The notes beneath the pieces are model-generated. The model made no database searches. It saw only the letters and a list, made by a program, of their open reading frames with translations, and was not told the origin of the DNA. A DNA stretch of 24,000 nt, from assembly GCA_000270325.1 (NCBI GenBank), contig BA000048.1:320080-344079 (forward strand), written 5' to 3'. Every line of letters starts with the position of its first letter. Positions within the stretch are counted from its first letter, which is position 1. The position numbers and the translations under genes are program-made. Positions 15,785 to 22,293 of the stretch are shown piece after piece. This DNA comes from Candidatus Caldarchaeum subterraneum (GTDB lineage Archaea; Thermoproteota; Nitrososphaeria_A; Caldarchaeales; Caldarchaeaceae).

Positions 15785-16438
15785 ATGTGGATTTACCTCT
15801 CTCATATTCTCACAAGAAATTCTCCCTGCTACGATGATGGCCCGCGGCCAGAGTTTACACCAGATAAACAGATTGCTAGGGGTGATAGCAGCAACACGTA
15901 TTTCATTAAGCTGCTAAACCACATAGGGACACATGTTGACGCACCCTACCACTTTGACCCAAATGGCCGAAAAATCTCATCATACAGGGCTGATGAACTG
16001 GTCTTCGAGAAACCGTTGCTTATCGATGTATCCAAAGACGCTGGCGAGCTGATCACCGTCTCGGACCTCGAAAAACATAGCCAAACCCTGCATAATGTAG
16101 ACTTGCTGCTCATAAGAACAAGCTTCCAACGCTACCGGGAAAAAGACCCCGAAGCCTTCATGAGGAGGGGCCCATGCTTGTCAGCCGAGGCCGCTTCTTT
16201 CTTGAGACAGTTCGGCACCCTCAGGGCCCTCGGCGTCGACACGATATCAATATCTTCTCCCATGAGAAGAGAGGAAGGGCGTGAGGCTCATCGCAGACTC
16301 CTTGTCGGCAGAAGTTTCCTGATTATCGAGGACATGGACTTGCATGATAAGCCCAGTGTGTTCAAAAGAGTTGTGGTGGCTCCGCTTCTCGTGGACGAGG
16401 TTGACAGCGCCCCGTGCACGGTTTTGGCGGAGGTTTAG
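15785..16438 (+). CDS. Cyclase-family protein (kynurenine formamidase-like metal hydrolase, PF04199-type)
   Basis: 217-aa ORF with the family signature HIGTHVDAPYHF (HxGTHxDxPxH) and a C-terminal LIIEDMDL block. Confidence 0.85.
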   Translation: MWIYLSHILTRNSPCYDDGPRPEFTPDKQIARGDSSNTYFIKLLNHIGTHVDAPYHFDPNGRKISSYRADELVFEKPLLIDVSKDAGELITVSDLEKHSQTLHNVDLLLIRTSFQRYREKDPEAFMRRGPCLSAEAASFLRQFGTLRALGVDTISISSPMRREEGREAHRRLLVGRSFLIIEDMDLHDKPSVFKRVVVAPLLVDEVDSAPCTVLAEV

Positions 16439-17277
16439 GCTAGTCCGCCTGCTGCGAAGGAGATGAGTGCGAGAAGCATCCACAGCAGTGTCAGGTTTTT
16501 CTGCTTCTTGGCTTCAGCGGGTTCGGGGTTTTTGATTATGCGTATGCTGCTGTAGACGAAGCCTGCGTCGGCTGCGGCCACAAGTGGTAGATATAGAATG
16601 TTTACCACCTTGAGCAGGTATGGAAGCGGGCTGAGCATCACCGCGGCGATGTAGAACCCTGCCCCTACCCTAGAAGCCGTCCTTAGCCCACTTTTCCGCG
16701 CAATCGTTGCCACCCCTCTCACTGCATCACCTTCCACGTCGGTGATGCCTTTGATGACTTCTCTGCCTGTGTTCGCCAAGAAAGCCAAAACCACGAAGAC
16801 AACAACACGCCAAGACACATATCCGTCGGCGAGCAAAGAACCATAGAGAAAAGGAGCAACCACGGTGAAGCTCACAGCGAAATTGCCTACCAGCCCAGCC
16901 TTTTTCAGAAACATGTTGTAAACTGTTGATACAGCCAAAGCCACCGCAGCCATCAAAAAACATGCCGTGGATGACAAGAACGCGGTGAGAAGTCCTGCGC
17001 CAGCCAAGATAGAGGATAGAGCGACAGCCGAGGTCGGCGAAACCTCGCCCGATGGTATGGGGCGTCTAGGGTTATTGACCAAGTCAACCTCCCTGTCGAA
17101 GTAATCGTTTAACGCCATGGACGAGCCTGTTAGTCCGAATGATGTTACGAATGCGTAGAATATCTGCTGGGGGTTGATGGCCCGTGTTTCGGAGAACAAC
17201 ACACCTATCAAGACAGCGAAAAACATCAGCAATCCGTTGGGCGGCCTCACCAACCTTAGAAGAGACATTATCCTCAT
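16435..17277 (-). CDS. UbiA-family prenyltransferase, most likely digeranylgeranylglyceryl phosphate (DGGGP) synthase
   Basis: 280-aa ORF with ~8 TM helices. It has the first Asp-rich motif in MALNDYFDREVDLVNNPRRPIPSG and a second motif region at GITDVEGD. Length and motif context match archaeal DGGGPS. It lies 9 nt downstream of the endA-like gene on the same strand. Confidence 0.8.
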   Translation of the reverse strand: MRIMSLLRLVRPPNGLLMFFAVLIGVLFSETRAINPQQIFYAFVTSFGLTGSSMALNDYFDREVDLVNNPRRPIPSGEVSPTSAVALSSILAGAGLLTAFLSSTACFLMAAVALAVSTVYNMFLKKAGLVGNFAVSFTVVAPFLYGSLLADGYVSWRVVVFVVLAFLANTGREVIKGITDVEGDAVRGVATIARKSGLRTASRVGAGFYIAAVMLSPLPYLLKVVNILYLPLVAAADAGFVYSSIRIIKNPEPAEAKKQKNLTLLWMLLALISFAAGGLA

Positions 17278-17286
17278 TTTTTCAGC

Positions 17287-17832
17287 CTACTTGTTCCAGA
17301 GGTCGACGGTTGAGGCGTGGTAGTAGACCACCTCGTTGCGTCTATCCAGAACAGCCACGACAGCTACTTTATCCATGGCTCTGCAAGACCTGACGAGCGA
17401 AATAAGCTCGTCCACCGACACGCTTTCACCCTCATACAGGGGAATAACCAGATATTTAGCAGGCTTCGCCGGATACTCGCCTCTCTCGAAAACCCTGAAC
17501 CTTAGCTTGGGGCCGAACCCCTCCTTCACCACATAACGTCTCTTACGCAAATCCATGTAGATAACGTAGTCCCGCCAAAGGTTGTGGTCACGCTCAGCGA
17601 AGAAGCTAAGCAGCTCACTGAAGCCGAGCTTCCTCCCAGACCGGTAAACCTCCGCCTTGCCATGGTTTACAAGGTAAAGCGTTTCAACCTGGCTGAAGAA
17701 ATATCGTTTCTCACCCCGCATATCGCCGTAGCCACGTTCCCTGAACCAGCCTAGGTCCCCCTCGACGAAAACAACTTCGCCATCATTCAACAACTCGAGG
17801 CTTGCAGCCACGCTGACTACTTCCTCGCCCAA
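17287..17832 (-). CDS. endA: tRNA-splicing endonuclease family subunit (probably the non-catalytic/structural subunit of a heterotetrameric enzyme)
   Basis: 181-aa ORF that aligns by eye with M. jannaschii EndA: LYLVNHGKAEV, YMDLRKRRYVVKEG, FRVFERG, KYLVIPL, LVRSCRAMDKVAVVAVLDRRNEVVYY. Positions equivalent to the catalytic Tyr and His read Phe and Pro, while the Lys is retained. TTG start is ~28 nt from the TATATATA box. Confidence 0.8.
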   Translation of the reverse strand: MGEEVVSVAASLELLNDGEVVFVEGDLGWFRERGYGDMRGEKRYFFSQVETLYLVNHGKAEVYRSGRKLGFSELLSFFAERDHNLWRDYVIYMDLRKRRYVVKEGFGPKLRFRVFERGEYPAKPAKYLVIPLYEGESVSVDELISLVRSCRAMDKVAVVAVLDRRNEVVYYHASTVDLWNK

Positions 17833-17859
17833 CCCCGAAACAGGTTAGGAAGCCTACTC

Positions 17860-17867
17860 TATATATA
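17860..17867. promoter_or_regulatory. Palindromic TATATATA box in the 53-bp divergent spacer between endA-like and the first gene of the MoxR cluster
   Basis: Only AT-rich element in 17833-17885. It lies 28 nt from the endA TTG (17832) and 19-22 nt from TTG 17886 on the plus strand. This spacing fits near-leaderless transcripts in both directions. Confidence 0.45.
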
Positions 17868-17885
17868 CATACAGAAACGGCATAT

Positions 17886-18662
17886 TTGATAAAGCATAAG
17901 AAAAGGCTGTTTGGAGTATGGTTGGTGAAGAATCCTAGAGCCGTCCTTTTACTGGCTGTCGTTGCGCTTCTGACAGGGTTTAGCCTCTTCGAGATAGTGC
18001 CACCTATCTCGACCAGTTCTCTGCAGTTTGACATAAGGTTGAGCGAGGCCCCGGCCCGCCCCTACATACTCAGGGTAAGAGTTGAGCAAAAGCCTGTAGA
18101 GGGGTTCGCCGCCGTCCCTGTTCCAAGGGTTCTCGTATCTCTCGACAACTTCACCACCGTCACAAACCTAAGCGGCTACGCTTTCTTCACAACAACACCC
18201 GGCAAACACGTCATATCTGTCGCATCCACCACAGCCACTCTCCCAACCTATGCAGTAGATGTAGAGGTGACGACAAGGATAACCGAGCTGGTTATTAGAT
18301 TCGTGGAGACAAGGCTCAGCCTACAGTCCTTGGACGTGGTGATGGACACATCAACCCAGACAACATACGTCACAACCACCTACACACCGCCAGTCAACAG
18401 CAGCCTCTACGTGGGAAAACCCTATCTAACCTACATCGACCAAAATAACTATCTCAAACGACACATAGGCGAGGACACAGTTTCATACCTTCCCGGCCCC
18501 ATTCCACAATACAGAGGCCCATTCAACGAGATAAAAACAGGCGAAACTCTTCAACCCTACACAGCATCCGTGTCAATCGAGGGTCTCGTTCAGCTAGTGA
18601 TTCTTAAGGAGAGCTTTATCCCAGCATTCTACGTCGAGACGCAGCTAACAAAACGGGAGTGA
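17886..18662 (+). CDS. Hypothetical membrane-anchored, Thr-rich beta-type ectodomain protein (cluster gene A)
   Basis: 258-aa ORF with an N-terminal signal-anchor (KNPRAVLLLAVVALLTGFSLF) and three N-x-S/T sequons (NFT, NLS, NSS). VLVSLDNFTTVTNLSGYAFFTTTPGKHVISV weakly resembles carboxypeptidase-regulatory-like beta-sandwich repeats. No family recognised. An alternative start at GTG 17925 is preceded by GGAG (17913-17916). Confidence 0.6.
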   Translation: MIKHKKRLFGVWLVKNPRAVLLLAVVALLTGFSLFEIVPPISTSSLQFDIRLSEAPARPYILRVRVEQKPVEGFAAVPVPRVLVSLDNFTTVTNLSGYAFFTTTPGKHVISVASTTATLPTYAVDVEVTTRITELVIRFVETRLSLQSLDVVMDTSTQTTYVTTTYTPPVNSSLYVGKPYLTYIDQNNYLKRHIGEDTVSYLPGPIPQYRGPFNEIKTGETLQPYTASVSIEGLVQLVILKESFIPAFYVETQLTKRE

Positions 18663-18669
18663 AAGGGAA

Positions 18670-19119
18670 ATGGAGTCTCTCCTATACAACGTCTCGTTCT
18701 GGCTCATGCTAAACATCTTCCTAGTCGCAGCCATCGTCAGCCTCGTCCTCGTCAACCAATCCAGGTCCAAAAACAAACAACCGCCCAACTCATCACAACA
18801 AATCATAACCCTGAAGGAAGAAGAGGAACTATTCAAACAGTTGCTGCAGAAAGGTGAAAAAAGAGATGCCGTCGTCAAAGTTTTTCCACAGGTCTTTAAA
18901 AAAATATGCAAAACTGCAAACGTTGAGACAAGAGGCTACACCTTCAGGGAGGTCCTCAACTCGGGCCGCATCCCACAGACCTTTGCAGCGTATCTGTCCA
19001 GTATGTATGAGGTTTTTGAGCCCGTGAGGTATGGGGAGATGAAGCCTACGGAGGAGACGCTTGCCAAATTCGAGGAGAGTTTACACAGGCTTTCGGAGGA
19101 ATTCTGGTATGATGGTTGA
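18670..19119 (+). CDS. Single-pass membrane protein with DUF4129-like C-terminal domain (cluster gene B)
   Basis: 149-aa ORF with an N-terminal TM helix (VSFWLMLNIFLVAAIVSLVLV). GYTFREVL...LSSMYEVFEPVRYGEMKPTEETL matches the DUF4129 pattern (TxRE ... YE..RYG + acidic tail). It lies 7 nt after gene A, with GGGAG/AGGGA upstream. Confidence 0.6.
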   Translation: MESLLYNVSFWLMLNIFLVAAIVSLVLVNQSRSKNKQPPNSSQQIITLKEEEELFKQLLQKGEKRDAVVKVFPQVFKKICKTANVETRGYTFREVLNSGRIPQTFAAYLSSMYEVFEPVRYGEMKPTEETLAKFEESLHRLSEEFWYDG

Positions 19120-19381
19120 AAATGCTTTTTTCATACTGCTGGCGTTGATGCTTGCGGGAGCATTATCGCTTCTGGCTATTCCACGTGAAAAGAAAAGGAA
19201 AGATGTTGCTCGGGGTGAGGGTGTGGTGCTTGACCAATACGCGGATTTGGTGAAACTGGTGATGGATGGTGAGGTGAGGGAAGCGTTGAAAAGAGTTAGG
19301 AGATATGTTGAGAAGGAGACCGACACTGAGAGAAGGCGGCTGCTGAAGAATGTGGAGGCTGAGTTGAGAAAACATGTCTAA
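19109..19381 (+). CDS. 90-aa single-pass membrane protein with highly charged helical tail (cluster gene C)
   Basis: ATG 19109 is preceded by GGAGG (19095-19099, 9-nt spacer) and overlaps the end of gene B by 11 nt. Sequence: MMVENAFFILLALMLAGALSLLAIPREKKRKDV...REALKRVRRYVEKETDTERRRLLKNVEAELRKHV. The track ORF opens earlier at TTG 19061, inside gene B. No family recognised. Confidence 0.5.
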   Translation: MMVENAFFILLALMLAGALSLLAIPREKKRKDVARGEGVVLDQYADLVKLVMDGEVREALKRVRRYVEKETDTERRRLLKNVEAELRKHV

Positions 19382-20330
19382 TCTGTTTGCTGCTATGCTT
19401 GGAGAAGGTGTAAAGGCTGAGGTAGGTAAGGTAGTGGTGGGGATGCATGACGCCATAGAGTCCCTGATTATCGCGTTGTTGACAGGTGGCCACGTCATAA
19501 TGGAAGGCGTTCCAGGCCTCGCGAAAACTCTTCTCGCAAAATCATTCGCCATGTCCCTGGGACTAAGCTTCAAGAGAATACAGTTCACGACCGACATACT
19601 TCCATCAGACATAATCGGCGGCCTTGTCCTCAACAGAAAAACAGGCGAGCTGGAGTTTAAGCCTGGCCCGGTTTTCGCCAACGTGGTTCTGATAGATGAG
19701 ATAAACAGGGCTCCTCCGAGAAGCCAGTCGGCGTTGCTCGAGGCTATGCAGGAGAGGCAGGTGACGGTCGAGGGCGTGACCTACAAGTTGCCTGAGCCTT
19801 TTCTCGTCATCGCCACACAGAACCCAGTGGAGCTTGAGGGCACCTTTCCTCTTCCCGAAGCAGAGATAGACCGCTTCATGATGAGAGTAATAGTCTCCTA
19901 CCCAAGCCGCGAAGAGGAAATCCAAATTCTCAAGATGAGGGACATGCTCGGCGAAGATATCCCTGTCCAACCCGTGATAACCAGCGACCTGCTCAACCTC
20001 GCCATGGACGAAGTGAGGCATGTCAGGGTAGTCCCCGAGGTATTGGAGTACATCGTTGAAATCGTCATGAGAAGTAGGAAAGACACTCGGCTGATGCTTG
20101 GAGCGAGTCCGAGAGCTGAGATTGCTCTTCTATACGCGGCCAAGGCTTTGGCTGCCCTGAACAACCGTGTATACGTTATCCCCGATGACGTTAAGAGGGT
20201 GTGCTACCGTGTGCTCAATCATCGTCTCATGCCTAAGCCCGAGTACATCGACCTCTCCAAGAAAACCGACTACGGATTCGTGGAGAAAGTCATTGAGGAA
20301 TATTTGTTGGAGACAGAGGTTCCGATATGA
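19374..20330 (+). CDS. MoxR-family AAA+ ATPase (MRP-type)
   Basis: 318 aa. Walker A is GVPGLAKT. Walker B/sensor region is VVLIDEINRAPPRSQSALLEAMQERQVT, followed by FLVIATQNPVELEGTFPLPEAEIDRF and the C-terminal lid GASPRAEIALLYAAKALAAL. Overlaps gene C by 8 nt. Confidence 0.95.
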   Translation: MSNLFAAMLGEGVKAEVGKVVVGMHDAIESLIIALLTGGHVIMEGVPGLAKTLLAKSFAMSLGLSFKRIQFTTDILPSDIIGGLVLNRKTGELEFKPGPVFANVVLIDEINRAPPRSQSALLEAMQERQVTVEGVTYKLPEPFLVIATQNPVELEGTFPLPEAEIDRFMMRVIVSYPSREEEIQILKMRDMLGEDIPVQPVITSDLLNLAMDEVRHVRVVPEVLEYIVEIVMRSRKDTRLMLGASPRAEIALLYAAKALAALNNRVYVIPDDVKRVCYRVLNHRLMPKPEYIDLSKKTDYGFVEKVIEEYLLETEVPI

Positions 20331-21583
20331 AGCTAACAGCCCAAGGCTACAAAACACTCGTCTCCATGTTTATCATAGTGTTTTTCGCGTCAACTGTCTC
20401 GGTGTACAGGGCTTTGAGCCTCTCAATCTACATTGTGGGGGTTTTCATCCCTCTCTATTGTTTTTTCGCCGCCTCATCTCTAAGAATGCTTAGCCAGAAC
20501 GATTTTCTTTTTTCTCGACATGTTAGGAGAGCGCTTTTGCGAAAAGGTGAACATGCTGAGGTGCGTGTTAAGGTTGAGAACAAGTCGGGTCGAAGAGTTA
20601 GAGTCCGTGTTTTAGAACGTATAGACGGACTCAAGGTTGTTGAGGGTAGTGTTCAAGCTGAAAGAAACTTGGCCCCAGATGAACTCCTCGAACTCTCCTA
20701 CACTGTCACCTCCCATGGACGCGGCATAGGTCTCCTCGGGCCGCTGGTAGTGCATGTCTTGGACGACTACGGCATGGTCTACAAAGAATTCACGCTGGGA
20801 GAAGAGGTGAAGATTGTTTTCACGGAACACGTCATAGGCCAGCCGAAGCTCTCTGACGCGGTAAAGACGGTGTTCCCCACCCCCTATGCAGGAACAGGCT
20901 CCTCCCATGAATACGGTGTAGACGACATTTTCCGCGAGATAACAAGGTATGAAGAGGGGCAGCCGCTAAAAGCCGTTGATTGGAGAAGAACAGCGCGAGA
21001 AAACGGGGAAATATTTGTTCGACGGTTTGATAAGCAAAACCGTCTCCGCATCTGTCTCGTGCTTGACTACAGCCATGGCAACATCTTGGGCAACCCATCG
21101 CTTCTAGACTCAGTCGTTGGAGCAGTATCTACGCTTGCCTCATCTGTTCTGGAGCGAGGTGACTCGGTAACCATAGTGGTCCCGGGCGCAAGAGAAGGTG
21201 TAGTTAAGGCGACTGGGCTGAGGGATTATTTCAGGCTATTGACCTTTCTCTCCACAGTAGCGCCAGTGTCGCAATACAGGATTGTAGATTGGTTGGAATA
21301 TTTGCATGGTTTTGACGCCGTCTTCATGGTGGGCAGGTTCGCAAACCTTGACGAAGCCTCTCTAAAGACCGTGGCTGAGAAGGTTAGGCTGTACGGCGGC
21401 GTCTTATACTTGCTCGTCCCAACCTTGGAAAACGTGACGAGACCTGCGAAGGCATTGGAGGTTCTTGAACAGGCCCGTGTCCAGAGGCTTCGAAAAATCT
21501 ACGGTCATGTCTATTTGGTTAGGCAGACGGATTTGCTGAACTATCTTGTTCACCTCCATAGAAGCTTGAGGATGATGATATGA
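20327..21583 (+). CDS. DUF58-domain protein (degenerate vWA fold) with two N-terminal TM helices
   Basis: 418 aa. The DUF58 signature is FREITRYEEGQPLKAVDWRRTARENGEIFVRRF, followed by ICLVLDYSHGN (a DxSxS-like MIDAS remnant reading DYSHG). ATGA overlap with the MoxR stop. GAGGT lies 6 nt upstream. Confidence 0.9.
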   Translation: MKLTAQGYKTLVSMFIIVFFASTVSVYRALSLSIYIVGVFIPLYCFFAASSLRMLSQNDFLFSRHVRRALLRKGEHAEVRVKVENKSGRRVRVRVLERIDGLKVVEGSVQAERNLAPDELLELSYTVTSHGRGIGLLGPLVVHVLDDYGMVYKEFTLGEEVKIVFTEHVIGQPKLSDAVKTVFPTPYAGTGSSHEYGVDDIFREITRYEEGQPLKAVDWRRTARENGEIFVRRFDKQNRLRICLVLDYSHGNILGNPSLLDSVVGAVSTLASSVLERGDSVTIVVPGAREGVVKATGLRDYFRLLTFLSTVAPVSQYRIVDWLEYLHGFDAVFMVGRFANLDEASLKTVAEKVRLYGGVLYLLVPTLENVTRPAKALEVLEQARVQRLRKIYGHVYLVRQTDLLNYLVHLHRSLRMMI

Positions 21584-22293
21584 TGGATAAGCTTTTGAGG
21601 GCGGTGGCACTTCTACCCCCCGTTGTCCTCACATTATCAGTCTTGTCAATGCTGGATGTTTCAAACAGTTTCGTGTTTGTAGGGTTTTTCTCCCTTCTTT
21701 TCATCTCTGCGACAGACCGGTTCAAATGGGCAGGCATAATATTGGTCTATGTTCCCGCGGCCTACACCGTCTCGCTTCTGCTGACAGGCGTTGTTTCACC
21801 ATTTCTCGGCCTGGCCGCTGGCTACATAGTTTCTGCACCCGCCGTCTTCGCGATATCAGCATACAGAAGCAATCTATTCACTGGATTGGTTGGAGGCTAC
21901 TACGCGTCATATGTTTTCGCCCTTCTCCTAAACAACGTAACGTCAAGCGGTGTTGTGAGGCCCGAGAGATTGTTCATCATGCTTGTCCAAAACATCCTCG
22001 GCCTTTTCTCAACAGGGACAGTCAACATAACTCCCGCAAACCCAGAACCCGAGCTCATTTTCACGGTTCTCACAGCTTTAGCCTCCTTTGCACTCCTCAC
22101 ATCCTTCGCGGGCAATCAACTACAAAAAATAAACGAACCCTTCCTGAAAACCCTCATAACCTCACTAGCCCTGATGAGTCTCAGCATCTTCGTAGGCCAG
22201 CATTCGCCAGTGTTGACCCCCTATTTCCTACTGGCTTCATTTGTTCTGCTCACGGCTGCTTTAATGCTTTGGTTGCGCACCTCCCATGAATAG
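21580..22293 (+). CDS. Hypothetical polytopic membrane protein, ~7 TM (cluster gene F)
   Basis: 237-aa, almost entirely hydrophobic ORF. ATGA overlap with the DUF58 stop and GAGGA 7 nt upstream. No family recognised. Confidence 0.7.
   Translation: MMDKLLRAVALLPPVVLTLSVLSMLDVSNSFVFVGFFSLLFISATDRFKWAGIILVYVPAAYTVSLLLTGVVSPFLGLAAGYIVSAPAVFAISAYRSNLFTGLVGGYYASYVFALLLNNVTSSGVVRPERLFIMLVQNILGLFSTGTVNITPANPEPELIFTVLTALASFALLTSFAGNQLQKINEPFLKTLITSLALMSLSIFVGQHSPVLTPYFLLASFVLLTAALMLWLRTSHE

Noticed and set aside
19163-19681. 172-aa reverse-strand ORF across the gene C / MoxR junction
   Set aside because: It is antisense to the MoxR Walker A region and to gene C. The product is Ser/Pro-rich low complexity with no start-site signals.
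21726-22289. 187-aa plus-strand ORF in an alternative frame of cluster gene F
   Set aside because: The translation is Arg/His/Cys-rich and non-hydrophobic with no motifs. The competing frame (21580-22293) has an ATGA-coupled start, an SD site and coherent TM-helix periodicity.
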